Part shown: positions 24,621 to 33,894 of the stretch, piece after piece
How the letters are laid out: the number at the start of each line of letters is the position of its first letter
How positions within the stretch are numbered: position 1 is the first letter of the stretch
Assembly (NCBI GenBank): GCA_964626095.1
Contig: CAZVFM010000001.1
Location: 6,778-46,055 of the forward strand
DNA from: an uncultured Roseivirgaceae bacterium
GTDB lineage: Bacteria > Bacteroidota > Bacteroidia > Cytophagales > Cyclobacteriaceae
DNA length: 39,278 nucleotides
Direction: 5' to 3'
Notes under the pieces: model-generated
What the model was told of the DNA's origin: nothing
Databases searched by the model: none
The model's input: only the letters and a program-made list of their open reading frames with translations
Translations under genes and position numbers: made by a program

Positions 24621-25991
24621 TTACTGAAGCACTGCAGAAATTAAAGCAGGCATAGTTTCATTGGCTAAAGTTTCTAAAGCTTTATTGTAAGCATCCTGAC
24701 TTGAGCGCTCATAATCCAAACTAAATCCTCTCACCCGCTCAATAGAAGTAGCATAAATATCCCGATTAGTGCTCACGTCTTCTACTTTAATAATTACAGA
24801 AACAAAACTAACATAAATACTTCCAGTAACTGAACCCTTCTCGGCATCCGACACAATCTTCACCCAGAGCTCAGCCTCTTCTTTATTGGTGGTAAACTCA
24901 AAACCTGCATCTGTCAAGATTGACTTTACCCTTGTGGTTACCTGGCTATTGCTGCGTGGTTGTCCGAAAGATTTTTCTTCTGCGCTAATGTACACCTTCG
25001 GCCTGCTCACTTTAAGTATCACTTGGTTTGTTGGTAAACTTAATCTTGAAGTAACCAATTCAAATAAAGGACTGGGCTCCTTACCTGCCAATGCAATTAC
25101 GTTTGGCTTAATCACTAAAGTTTGTTGTGCTTCTTTAGAATCAATTCGGGTAAGCAGTACCTTGGTTTCTCCATTTACATCAGTTTTGTAATCAGGAAAA
25201 ACATCACCCGCGCCCTTTTCAAACTTTGCAATAAGAGGTAAGCCTGCTATAGTTCTACCATCATCATATAAAGCACTAAGTTGAATGGCCTGGCCTTGAT
25301 TAACTCTGCGATTGATCGTCAATTCCCTGACCGAAGACTGCAGCACCATCTTTCCAAGAATTGATTGAATGGATGCATAAATATCATTGATCAGCAAAAC
25401 TTCCTGCCCTTCAAAATTTGCCCGAATGGCTTCTGCAAGGTATTTCTCAAGGCTGGCAAAAGCGTTAAAATAGAATGATAAGGCATTTATTCCATCTCCT
25501 GCTACCTCGGCTTTTTTAGCTCTGCCATAAAAATCAAGGGCCAAAGCAACGGCATTTCTACGCTGTTCGTCTTTGATTTCATTGTACCTTGCTTTCGAGA
25601 GCCGGTAATATACCCAGTAGGCTTTTTCATCTTCCCAGGCACCCGCTAATTCATACTCTTCAATCTCATCGGCAACCGAGGTTTGAATAATTGACTCATA
25701 AGAATCTGTAAATGTTTTATCCCTATCAATTTGGGTAAGTATACTGGTGGCCGAAACATTAATTTTAATCTCTGATACCAAATCTTCCAGGGCATTTTGT
25801 TTAGCAATTTGCATGTAGTTATTATCCGCCAACTTATTGGCATAACCAATACCCGAATAATAAGCGGGCTGGTTGGGTTTGGCACTCATCCATAAGGGGC
25901 GCTGATTGTCCAAATCGGACTTTGCGTCTCGGATGTTCACCTGTGAACTACAGGAAGTGAGTAGGATAAGTATGGAGATTAGTCTATTCAC
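24621..25991 (-). CDS. LPP20-domain-containing lipoprotein
   Basis: 456 aa with the lipobox LLTSCS. IAKQNALEDLVSEIKINVSATS is LPP20-family-like. It lies 43 nt upstream of the smaller lipoprotein gene on the same strand. Confidence 0.6.
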   Translation of the reverse strand: MNRLISILILLTSCSSQVNIRDAKSDLDNQRPLWMSAKPNQPAYYSGIGYANKLADNNYMQIAKQNALEDLVSEIKINVSATSILTQIDRDKTFTDSYESIIQTSVADEIEEYELAGAWEDEKAYWVYYRLSKARYNEIKDEQRRNAVALALDFYGRAKKAEVAGDGINALSFYFNAFASLEKYLAEAIRANFEGQEVLLINDIYASIQSILGKMVLQSSVRELTINRRVNQGQAIQLSALYDDGRTIAGLPLIAKFEKGAGDVFPDYKTDVNGETKVLLTRIDSKEAQQTLVIKPNVIALAGKEPSPLFELVTSRLSLPTNQVILKVSRPKVYISAEEKSFGQPRSNSQVTTRVKSILTDAGFEFTTNKEEAELWVKIVSDAEKGSVTGSIYVSFVSVIIKVEDVSTNRDIYATSIERVRGFSLDYERSSQDAYNKALETLANETMPALISAVLQ

Positions 25992-26104
25992 AAAACGATT
26001 TTAATTTCATATATCCACATTTATGCCAAAAATCATTAAAAAGAATGCCAAATTCAAAGAATCAATTGCTAATACAATGCGTTATTTAATAAATTAGGGA
26101 AATA

Positions 26105-26632
26105 ATGAAGAAAACTATGAAAAGAGGCGCTTTGATTATTTTATTAAGTTTTTTGCTGATAGTTCAGGCCTGCCAGGAGAACACAGCAATAGAAGAATTT
26201 ACAGGCCGAGAATACACTTATGACCTTGTCAAGGGGTCTGCTTACAATGTTAGCGGCAGCGTAATCTTTAAAGAGAAGACCAATGGAGGCACATTGGTGG
26301 AACTCAACTTAACGGGTACCGAAGGCAATGTGGAGCATCCGGTACACCTGCATTTAGGGGATGTTAACTTACCAGATGCTGATGTAGCCGCATTGTTAAA
26401 TCCATTGAAAGCCAATAGTGGCAAAAGTGAAACTTTGTTGAATACACTTGCTGATGGAAGTCCGCTGAGCTATGAAGAGTTGATCACGTTAGAGGCTTGT
26501 ATTAAAGTCCACCTATCTGATTTTGGCCCGGAACGTGATATTATTTTAGCTGCTGGAAATATTGGCGCCTCGTTTGAAAAAGAAGTACAGAAAGGGAGAA
26601 GAGGATCAATCGCTATTTGCAAAAGCGAATAA
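26105..26632 (+). CDS. Lipoprotein with a Cu/Zn-SOD-like beta-sandwich signature (degenerate metal site)
   Basis: 175 aa with the lipobox IVQAC. VSGSVIFKEKTNGGTLVELNLTGTEGNVEHPVHLHLGD parallels the SodC block (VxGxVxFxQ...V...LxGLxxGxHGFHxHxxGD). ACIKVHLSDFG parallels the SodC VVHxxxDD block. No counterparts of the bridging or zinc-site histidines are visible. Confidence 0.4.
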   Translation: MKKTMKRGALIILLSFLLIVQACQENTAIEEFTGREYTYDLVKGSAYNVSGSVIFKEKTNGGTLVELNLTGTEGNVEHPVHLHLGDVNLPDADVAALLNPLKANSGKSETLLNTLADGSPLSYEELITLEACIKVHLSDFGPERDIILAAGNIGASFEKEVQKGRRGSIAICKSE

Positions 26633-26650
26633 GGCAAAATATTTGTAATC

Positions 26651-26681
26651 AAAAAAAGGAGGCTGTTGCCTCCTTTTTTTT
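26651..26681. terminator. Bidirectional Rho-independent terminator
   Basis: aaaaaaaggaggc-tgtt-gcctcctttttttt has a 7-bp GC-rich stem and a 4-nt loop, with an A-run and a T-run on either side. It lies between convergent genes. Confidence 0.85.
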
Positions 26682-26694
26682 GATTTATGAACTC

Positions 26695-27633
26695 TTAAAG
26701 AACGTTCAGTTCTTTCAATACATTGTTCATGTTGCGCACAGCTTCAGCACTTTTGCCGAATGCTTCCTGCTCTTCGGCATTCAGTTTATAATCTATAATC
26801 TTCTCCCATCCCTTACGACCTACTACGACAGGCACACCCAGGCAAATATCTTTTTGCCCGTAGTCTCCTTCCAATGCCACACAGCACGGGAAGATTCTTT
26901 TCTGATCGCGCACAATACTTTCTACCAATAAAGCGCCAGCAGCACCCGGTGCATACCAGGCAGATGTGCCTAACATTTTGGTAAGTGTTGCGCCACCCAC
27001 CATGGTATCTGCAGCAATCTGCTTGAGCTGATCGGCTGAAAGAAATTGAGCGACCGGTAAGCCATTGACTGAAGCCAACCTGGTTAAAGGAATCATGGTA
27101 GTATCGCCATGCCCACCTACTACTGTTGCATGCACATCGGCTGTAGGTGCATTAAGAGCTTTGGCCAGATAACCTTTGAACCGTGCGCTATCAAGAATTC
27201 CACCCATACCAATGATACGGTGCTTGTCGAGACCTGAAGCTTTCAACGCAAGGTAAGTCATGGTATCCATTGGGTTGGATATTACCACTATTACTGCATC
27301 AGGCGAATTTTGCAAGGCACTCATGGTTACACTTTTCACAATATTGGCATTGGTGCCAATCAGTTCTTCTCTTGTCATTCCCGGTTTTCGCGGAATACCT
27401 GAAGTAATTACCACCACATCTGAGCCGGCAGTAAGACTGTAATCGTTGGTTGAGCCAACCAATTTCGTTTTGAAATCCATCATAGAAGAGGTCTGGTAAA
27501 TGTCCAGCACCTTTCCTTCAGCAAAATTTTCACGGATATCAAGCAATACTATTTCATCAGCAATTTGACGATAGGCCAGTACATCGGCACAGGTGGCGCC
27601 TACATTACCAGCACCTACTACAGTTACTTTCAT
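26695..27633 (-). CDS. mdh: Malate dehydrogenase (LDH-like type)
   Basis: 312 aa with MKVTVVGAGNVGAT, SGIPRKPGMTREEL and VVGGHGDTMIP. Confidence 0.95.
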   Translation of the reverse strand: MKVTVVGAGNVGATCADVLAYRQIADEIVLLDIRENFAEGKVLDIYQTSSMMDFKTKLVGSTNDYSLTAGSDVVVITSGIPRKPGMTREELIGTNANIVKSVTMSALQNSPDAVIVVISNPMDTMTYLALKASGLDKHRIIGMGGILDSARFKGYLAKALNAPTADVHATVVGGHGDTTMIPLTRLASVNGLPVAQFLSADQLKQIAADTMVGGATLTKMLGTSAWYAPGAAGALLVESIVRDQKRIFPCCVALEGDYGQKDICLGVPVVVGRKGWEKIIDYKLNAEEQEAFGKSAEAVRNMNNVLKELNVL

Positions 27634-27752
27634 ATTTAAAATGATTAATGTTTAAGAATCAGTTCAGACTTGCAATTTATCAAGTGCAGCTTGTAAAACA
27701 ATAAAACGAGCTGAGTTTAAAGCATACTTAACTAAGATACTGAGGAGGAGAT

Positions 27753-29081
27753 CTAAGACAAATTCAAGCCGGTCAGCTGCAACTTCAATATACTTTTGGT
27801 AGCTCCACTTACTTTAACACGCTCATCAATCCGTAAGCCGACCAGCCATACAATCTTGCCACTGGCATCTTCTAGTACCGACACCTTGCTTTTTGCACTT
27901 AGGGGCAGCTTTACATCAATGAGAAAATCACTTAGTTTTTTCATGCCTTGCATACCTAAAGGCATGAACCGGTCTCCATCCTCCCAGTTTCTCCAGGTGA
28001 GAGGGAACTGTATCAAATCGTAATCAAGCAAAGCTACATTGACAGGTACTCTAAGGTCCTCCAATGGGCCTGACTTCTCCAAGCTAAGATAGTACCCTCC
28101 CCTATTTAGCAAATTACTTTCTTCAGTAATAATCAGCGGCTCACTACGCTCGGCAAGTTGTGTTAGTACAATCTGTTCACGATCAATGATTACCTGAAAC
28201 GACCCCGCATTGAATATTGCACCGGTATGGTTTAATGCAGCGTACATATCAGCCGCTTGAGACCAGTTAAACCCATACACTTTTAACAATTCCCAAATTA
28301 ATAATCTGCCGGTGCCCTCATCTTTCAACAAATCTTTAGGAATGAAACGTGCATTATCTTTATCTATAGTTGCTGAATTAATTTCGGTCATTCGCTCCTC
28401 CAGTATCAACTGTACAGCTTGTAGTCGTTCTTGGTTTTGCGTAAAAGTATTTTCAATGTCAGGATTAATTTTTTTTAACATCGGAATAACTTCAAGTCTC
28501 AAAAAATTTCTTTGGTAGTGAGAAGATTGATTGCTGATGTCTTCCCTCCACTTAATACCTTCTGCATTGGCGAATGCTTCTATCTCTTGGCGGCTTGCAA
28601 AAAGTAAGGGACGGATGACATGGCCATTAATCTTCGGTATTCCACAAAGACCATCTATGCCGGTACCTTTTGTGAAATTGAGCAGTACCGTTTCCAGGTT
28701 ATCGTTCAGGTGGTGTGCTGTTGCCAACTTATTGAACCCATGCTTCTCCATAAGTTCATTGAACCATGCATAACGCAATTCACGAGCAGCCATTTGTATG
28801 GATAAACCCTTTTCGGTGGCATAGTTATTGGTGTTGAACCGCTGCACAAAAAAGGGAAGCCCAATTGATTTGCAGGTATCTTCGACAAAAGCTGCATCGG
28901 CATCGGACGCTTCTGCACGAAGTTGAAAATTGCAATGTGCAACAGCAGGTTTAAAACCAGATTGATGAAAAAGATGCAGCATCACCATGGAATCGAGTCC
29001 ACCGCTAATGGCCAACAAAAGCTTTTCATTAGGCTCTGTCAGCTTATGTTTTCGAATAAAGTTGATGAATTGCTGCAGCAT
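27753..29081 (-). CDS. tilS: tRNA(Ile)-lysidine synthetase
   Basis: The PP-loop AISGGLDSMV is present, with AHHLNDNLETVLLN and a C-terminal TilS substrate domain (PLGMQGMKKLSDFLID). The track start at 29132 overlaps the divergent gene. I prefer the internal ATG at 29081 (MLQQFINFIRK), which has a perfect -7 box 5 nt upstream. Confidence 0.9.
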   Translation of the reverse strand: MLQQFINFIRKHKLTEPNEKLLLAISGGLDSMVMLHLFHQSGFKPAVAHCNFQLRAEASDADAAFVEDTCKSIGLPFFVQRFNTNNYATEKGLSIQMAARELRYAWFNELMEKHGFNKLATAHHLNDNLETVLLNFTKGTGIDGLCGIPKINGHVIRPLLFASRQEIEAFANAEGIKWREDISNQSSHYQRNFLRLEVIPMLKKINPDIENTFTQNQERLQAVQLILEERMTEINSATIDKDNARFIPKDLLKDEGTGRLLIWELLKVYGFNWSQAADMYAALNHTGAIFNAGSFQVIIDREQIVLTQLAERSEPLIITEESNLLNRGGYYLSLEKSGPLEDLRVPVNVALLDYDLIQFPLTWRNWEDGDRFMPLGMQGMKKLSDFLIDVKLPLSAKSKVSVLEDASGKIVWLVGLRIDERVKVSGATKSILKLQLTGLNLS

Positions 29082-29086
29082 AGATT

Positions 29087-29094
29087 CAAAAATA
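29087..29094 (-). promoter_or_regulatory. Candidate -7 promoter box for tilS
   Basis: The minus strand reads TATTTTTG, a perfect TAnnTTTG. It is followed by 5 nt (aatct) and then ATG at 29081. Confidence 0.45.
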
Positions 29095-29123
29095 CGCTTT
29101 TTACCTAATTTGCGGCCAATACA

Positions 29124-30662
29124 ATGAAGCACAGCTTAATCATACTGCTCTTACTAATTCAATTTGTTGGCACTTGTTGGGCACAAAAAAATGTGACGCT
29201 TAAAGATGCCGATGTAATGATTGGAGGCATAAAAGACGGGCAACGTATCGACAGGGTGATTGGCAATGTAGTTTTTGTTCAAAACGAAACTACCATTTAT
29301 TGTGATTCAGCTATCTTCAGTAGGGGAAAAAGTCAAGTTGAAGCATTTGGCAATGTGCGCATTGTCGAGGGAGATTCGATTACCATTACCTCACGCAGGT
29401 TGGAGTACGATGGCAACACGCGCATTGCTAAGCTCAGGCAAAATGTGGTATTCACCAAGTTGGCTACTGCTACCCTTTATACCGATAATCTTGATTTTTT
29501 TCGCGATAAAAATTTAGCCGTCTACTTTAACGGAGGAAGACTGGTGGACAGCACCAACGTATTGGTAAGCCGAAAGGGTTACTTTGAAGGCAATAGCAAC
29601 ATGGCATCATTTAAAACAAATGTTGTGGGTACTAATCCTGATTACACCTTGAAAGCCGATACCATGCAATACAATACACGAAGCAAAGTAATCTACTTTC
29701 ATTCGCTAACCACTGTAACCGATGTTAATGGCAATAATTTTTATTATGAATCTGGTGAATATGATACCAATAGCAAGCTATCACGCTTTGCAGATGGAAA
29801 ATTTGAAACCGAAGAGTACACACTTGATGCACAGCGTATTTTTCTCAATGATGTAAAAAGATTCTACAAAGCCACTGGCGATGTGGTGATGGTGTCTAAA
29901 GAACAAGACCTCACTATTTTTGCGGATGAATCAGATTATTATAAAGCCGAACAATATTCTAAAATCTACGGAAACCCCTTGGTAGCTAAGCTTACTGATA
30001 ATTTTGATACACTCTTCCTGAAGGCAGATACTTTGATTTCTATTGAAAGCGAAGATCCAACTCAAAAAAGGTTGCTTGCCTTTCATAATGTTAAGATCTT
30101 TAAAGAAGACCTTCAGGGTACAGCCGATTCGCTCGTGTATTTCTATAGCGACTCAACCATCGTACTGTACCGAAACCCGATACTGTGGACCGAGGGCAAT
30201 CAAATGACAGCCGATACCATTAAAATTCTCATCAGCAATAACAGCATCGACAGGCTATTTCTCACATCCAATTCTTTTGTGGTGTCTCAGGATACTCTCG
30301 AGAATTTCAATCAGGTGAAGGGTAGAAAAATGACGGCCTATTTCAAAGATGGCGACATTAACCGGGTATTGGTAGAAGGGAATGGCGAGAGTCTGTACCA
30401 CGCCATTGACGAAGATGTGGATGCACTCATGGGAGTTAACAAAATTATATGTAGCAATATGCTGATGTACTTCCAGCAACGGGCTGTATACCGCATTAGC
30501 TTCTACATTAAACCCGATGCCCGGTTCATTCCCCCGCATGAACTTAAAAATGCAGACAAGGTACTTACTGGGTTTAGCTGGAAGATCAAAGACAGACCAC
30601 TAAAAAAAGATGTAGTGCAACGAAAAATTGTATCAGAAGCCTCCGCCAACGTATTGGATTAG
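29124..30662 (+). CDS. OstA-like (LptA/LptD N-terminal-like) repeat protein, exported
   Basis: 512 aa with a signal peptide (GTCWA/QK). OstA-type jellyroll segments recur (CDSAIFSRGKSQVEAFGNVRIVEGD; LKADTMQYNTRSKVIYF; GTADSLVYFYSDSTIVLYRNPILWTEGNQMTADTIKI). No C-terminal barrel is present. Confidence 0.7.
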   Translation: MKHSLIILLLLIQFVGTCWAQKNVTLKDADVMIGGIKDGQRIDRVIGNVVFVQNETTIYCDSAIFSRGKSQVEAFGNVRIVEGDSITITSRRLEYDGNTRIAKLRQNVVFTKLATATLYTDNLDFFRDKNLAVYFNGGRLVDSTNVLVSRKGYFEGNSNMASFKTNVVGTNPDYTLKADTMQYNTRSKVIYFHSLTTVTDVNGNNFYYESGEYDTNSKLSRFADGKFETEEYTLDAQRIFLNDVKRFYKATGDVVMVSKEQDLTIFADESDYYKAEQYSKIYGNPLVAKLTDNFDTLFLKADTLISIESEDPTQKRLLAFHNVKIFKEDLQGTADSLVYFYSDSTIVLYRNPILWTEGNQMTADTIKILISNNSIDRLFLTSNSFVVSQDTLENFNQVKGRKMTAYFKDGDINRVLVEGNGESLYHAIDEDVDALMGVNKIICSNMLMYFQQRAVYRISFYIKPDARFIPPHELKNADKVLTGFSWKIKDRPLKKDVVQRKIVSEASANVLD

Positions 30663-30760
30663 GCAATATTGCTCAAATGCAAAATTTTATTGCAAAAAAT
30701 TATGATTGCCAGAGATTTTCTTATAAATTTTGCAGGCTGTAATCTATTTTATTTCATAGT

Positions 30761-31465
30761 ATGCAAAAATTGTTCTTCATAGCAGTGTTTTTGATCATCT
30801 GCAATACGCTATGGGGGCAGGGATTCGAACTATACGACTTTAATGCACAGGCCAAAGCCCATATTGGCGAATCATTAATTATTCCGCTAAAAGTTAGAAA
30901 TAACACTGATAAACCGGTTATTCTGGTAATCCAGGAGTTACGGCAAAATCTGGGCAGTACCCAAAAACATAATTTTTGTCTTGGCAATGATTGTCTGGAT
31001 TCCGGAGTTAAAGAATTTAGCAAAATCCTTGAGCCTGGAACAAGTCTTTCCAACCTGGTGGTTCAGGTAGAGGCCGGATTAGTACCCGGACAAGGAAGTA
31101 TTCACTATCGCATTTTCAATAAAAATACCCCTTTAGATTTCACAGAGGTCGAAATCCATGTATTGATTGAAGAAAAGCTTGCCAGAAATGTATTGTACAA
31201 AACCGAGAATATTACCATAAATGAAATTTATCCAAACCCTGTAATTGATCAAGGCTTTATTGACTATCAAATCCACACAGATGGACTAAACCCACGTATT
31301 CTGGTTCATAATGTACTGGGTAATATCATTGCCGAATATCCCCTTTCCTTCTACGAAAACCGTCTTAAACTTAAAACTGAAGAGCTGAGCCCGGGAATTT
31401 ACTTTCTTACCCTATACCTCGAAAATCAGAATGTACTCACCCGAAAGTTGATTGTTCGTAAGTAG
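30761..31465 (+). CDS. Small secreted protein with a T9SS C-terminal sorting domain
   Basis: 234 aa with a signal peptide. The C-terminal ~80 aa (INEIYPNPVIDQGFIDYQI...LSPGIYFLTLYLENQNVLTRKLIVRK) matches the type A Por secretion tail pattern (YPNP...G.Y......k.i.k). I do not recognise the N-terminal domain. Confidence 0.8.
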   Translation: MQKLFFIAVFLIICNTLWGQGFELYDFNAQAKAHIGESLIIPLKVRNNTDKPVILVIQELRQNLGSTQKHNFCLGNDCLDSGVKEFSKILEPGTSLSNLVVQVEAGLVPGQGSIHYRIFNKNTPLDFTEVEIHVLIEEKLARNVLYKTENITINEIYPNPVIDQGFIDYQIHTDGLNPRILVHNVLGNIIAEYPLSFYENRLKLKTEELSPGIYFLTLYLENQNVLTRKLIVRK

Positions 31466-31511
31466 TTAAATCAAAAGTCAGAATTTTTCGTTTGTCAATA
31501 ACAAAAGTCCG

Positions 31512-31544
31512 TTTGCTATAAATGGACCTGTTACACTATATTTG
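31512..31544 (+). promoter_or_regulatory. Candidate promoter (-33 TTTG / -7 TATATTTG) for the bamD-rpoZ-coaBC operon
   Basis: TTTG lies at 31512-31515. After a 21-nt spacer, TATATTTG (a perfect TAnnTTTG) lies at 31537-31544, 7 nt upstream of ATG 31552. It falls inside the 5' extension of the track ORF, which argues for the 31552 start. Confidence 0.5.
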
Positions 31545-31551
31545 CAGGCTT

Positions 31552-32355
31552 ATGCTCAAATTTTTTAATCTAAACGCAGTTTTACTGATCTCTTTCGCAC
31601 TATTGGCAGCCTCCTGCTCTAAATTCCGGAAGATTGAAAAAAATCCTGACTGGAGGGTAAAGTATGAAGCAGGACTGCATTACTATGAGAAAAAAGAATT
31701 TTACCGTGCTTCGGTACTTTTTGAGCAAATTATGCCGGTAGTGCGCGGACTTCCTGAAGGTGAAAAAGTGCAGTTTTATATGGCGTACTGCCAGTATTAT
31801 CAGAAGCTGTACCTGATGGCATCACATCAGTTCAAGTTATTTTATGAAACCTATGGCAGGAGCGCGTTGGTGGAAGAAGCCCGGTATATGTATGCTTATT
31901 CCTTGTTCACGGCAGCGCCACCAGCCAACCTGGATCAAACCAATAGCATAGAAGCCATGGAAGCCATGCAGCTTTTTATCAATCGCCATCCTAACAGTAA
32001 ATTCAGGGATCAAGCTATAGAGGTGATTAATATTTCACAGGCTAAGTTGGAGCTAAAAGGATTTGAAAATGCTAAACAGTACTATAAAGTAGGCATGTAT
32101 AAGGCAGCAATTATTGCTTTTGAAAACTTTAAAAAAGATTTCCCTGATTCTGATTATATTGAAGAAGCTAATTATTACAGAATACTTTCTCAATATAAGC
32201 TCGCTGAAGTAAGTATACCAGACAAACAAAAAGAACGTTACTCGTCAGTGGTAGAGATGTACTTGTCATTTGTTGATAATTACCCCAGGAGTACACACCT
32301 GAAAGAAGCTGAAAAATTATACGTTGATAGTTTAAGTAAGATAAATAAGTTTTAA
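31552..32355 (+). CDS. bamD: Outer membrane protein assembly factor BamD (YfiO-like TPR lipoprotein)
   Basis: It has the lipobox LLAASC after MLKFFNLNAVLLISFA and TPR-like repeats (YEKKEFYRASVLFEQ, NSKFRDQAIEVI, MYKAAIIAFENF). Its position upstream of rpoZ-coaBC is the conserved Bacteroidota context. Confidence 0.75.
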   Translation: MLKFFNLNAVLLISFALLAASCSKFRKIEKNPDWRVKYEAGLHYYEKKEFYRASVLFEQIMPVVRGLPEGEKVQFYMAYCQYYQKLYLMASHQFKLFYETYGRSALVEEARYMYAYSLFTAAPPANLDQTNSIEAMEAMQLFINRHPNSKFRDQAIEVINISQAKLELKGFENAKQYYKVGMYKAAIIAFENFKKDFPDSDYIEEANYYRILSQYKLAEVSIPDKQKERYSSVVEMYLSFVDNYPRSTHLKEAEKLYVDSLSKINKF

Positions 32356-32371
32356 AAAAATAAATACAATT

Positions 32372-32692
32372 ATGGCCGCACAATCATCAATCATTACACG
32401 CGATATGGAAAACATCACCGACAAAACCGGTAATATTTACCAGTCGGTAGTGGTTATATCAAAAAGAGCAAGACAGATTGCAATCAATTTAAAAGAAGAA
32501 TTAAATAACAAATTGGCTGAGTTTGCCACAACAGTTGATAACCTTGAAGAAGTGTTTGAAAACCGTGAACAAATAGAAATTTCAAAGTTCTATGAGCGCA
32601 TGCCTAAGCCAACTGCAACAGCAACGGAAGAGTTTATGGAAGATAAGCTGGTATACAGGATGCGCGAAGAGCCAGCAGAAAAAACTGACTAA
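32372..32692 (+). CDS. rpoZ: DNA-directed RNA polymerase subunit omega
   Basis: 106 aa. NIYQSVVVISKRARQI is the omega helix motif. It lies immediately upstream of coaBC. Confidence 0.75.
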   Translation: MAAQSSIITRDMENITDKTGNIYQSVVVISKRARQIAINLKEELNNKLAEFATTVDNLEEVFENREQIEISKFYERMPKPTATATEEFMEDKLVYRMREEPAEKTD

Positions 32693-32694
32693 AT

Positions 32695-33894
32695 ATGCTT
32701 AATGGCAAGAAGATCTTACTCGGTATAACCGGAAGTATTGCCGCATACAAATCAGCAATACTGGTACGATTACTTGCTAAAGCAGGGGCCGAGGTAAAAG
32801 TTATTATGACTACCTCGGCTTCTGATTTTATTACCCCTCTTACACTTTCTACACTGTCAAAAAATCCTGTTTACCAGCACTTCATTAAAAACGAAGCCGG
32901 TGAATGGAATAACCATGTTGAGCTTGGCCTTTGGGCCGATGCCATGATTATTGCTCCTGCCAGCGCCAATACCCTGGCAAAAATGGCCAATGGTATTTGC
33001 GATAACTTATTATTGGCCGTGTACTTATCGGCAAAATGTCCGGTCATATTTGCGCCTGCCATGGATCTTGATATGTGGCAGCATAATAGCACACAAAAGA
33101 ACATTCAACAGTTGCTAAGCTTTGGCAACCTGATGATTGAGCCTGATGATGGCGAACTTGCCAGCGGACTTCAGGGCAAAGGGCGAATGGCCGAACCTGA
33201 AAGCATTATGGACTTTGTTTTGAGCCATTTTAGTAAATCGTACCAATTAAAAGGAAAAAAAGCATTGGTAACTGCTGGGCCCACATACGAAGCGCTTGAC
33301 CCTGTTCGTTTTATTGGCAACCACTCCAGCGGTAAAATGGGATATAAAATTGCAGAAGCTTTGGCGGCACGAGGGGCTGAGGTAATTTTAGTAAGTGGAC
33401 CGAGTCATGAAAAAATTCAACATGACAATGTTTCGTTGATAAAAGTAAACTCAGCCGATGAGATGTTTGCTGCCTGTAAGAAACACTATGCGCATATGAG
33501 TTTAGCTGTATTTGCGGCAGCTGTGGCTGATTACCGTCCGGCAGAAAAAGCTGAACAGAAAATCAAGAAAAAGGAAAATACCCTTTCAATTGATTTGGTT
33601 AAAAATAAAGACATCGCTGCTGAACTTGGTAAACTTAAAAGAGCTGATCAGTTCAATGTGGGATTTGCCCTTGAAACAGAGAATGAGGAGAGCAATGCAA
33701 GGGAAAAAATGAAAAAGAAAAACCTTGACATGATTGTCTTAAATTCTTTGAACGATAAAGCAGCAGGCTTTGCCCTGGATACCAATAAAATCAGTATCTT
33801 AACCCAAGCAGATATCAAACACTTTGAAGTTAAAGCAAAATCAAAAGTTGCCGAAGACATTGTAGATGAAATACTGAAATACGATAATGCTTAA
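32695..33894 (+). CDS. coaBC: Bifunctional phosphopantothenoylcysteine decarboxylase / phosphopantothenate-cysteine ligase
   Basis: 399 aa. The flavoprotein N-domain has [13 protein letters not shown] and PAMDLDMW. The CoaB domain has [24 protein letters not shown] and AAAVADYRP. Confidence 0.95.
   Translation: MLNGKKILLGITGSIAAYKSAILVRLLAKAGAEVKVIMTTSASDFITPLTLSTLSKNPVYQHFIKNEAGEWNNHVELGLWADAMIIAPASANTLAKMANGICDNLLLAVYLSAKCPVIFAPAMDLDMWQHNSTQKNIQQLLSFGNLMIEPDDGELASGLQGKGRMAEPESIMDFVLSHFSKSYQLKGKKALVTAGPTYEALDPVRFIGNHSSGKMGYKIAEALAARGAEVILVSGPSHEKIQHDNVSLIKVNSADEMFAACKKHYAHMSLAVFAAAVADYRPAEKAEQKIKKKENTLSIDLVKNKDIAAELGKLKRADQFNVGFALETENEESNAREKMKKKNLDMIVLNSLNDKAAGFALDTNKISILTQADIKHFEVKAKSKVAEDIVDEILKYDNA

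Noticed and set aside
26617-26931. 104-aa plus-strand ORF spanning the terminator and the 3' end of mdh
   Set aside because: It runs through a strong bidirectional terminator hairpin and is antisense to mdh. Its translation is Phe/Leu/Ile-rich noise.
29082-29132. 17-codon N-terminal extension of tilS (track start 29132), which would overlap the divergent OstA-like gene
   Set aside because: The extension (MLHCIGRKLGKKRIFES) covers a perfect TAnnTTTG box positioned 5 nt upstream of the internal ATG at 29081. It would also overlap the start of the divergent gene. The TilS homology begins after the internal Met.
30663-30760. Repeated attgc/gcaat words and the palindrome gcaatattgc downstream of the OstA-like gene, considered as a possible terminator or operator
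   Set aside because: The stems are only 4-5 bp and AT-rich with minimal loops, and no T-run follows in the correct orientation. This is indistinguishable from chance in AT-rich intergenic DNA.
30754-31053. 99-aa minus-strand ORF overlapping the start of the T9SS-cargo gene
   Set aside because: The plus-strand frame has a signal peptide and a recognisable T9SS C-terminal sorting domain. The minus-strand frame has neither.
31522-31551. 10-codon N-terminal extension of bamD (track start 31522)
   Set aside because: A -33 TTTG / -7 TATATTTG promoter pair lies inside it. The internal Met at 31552 gives a normal lipoprotein signal peptide (MLKFFNLNAVLLISFALLAASC).
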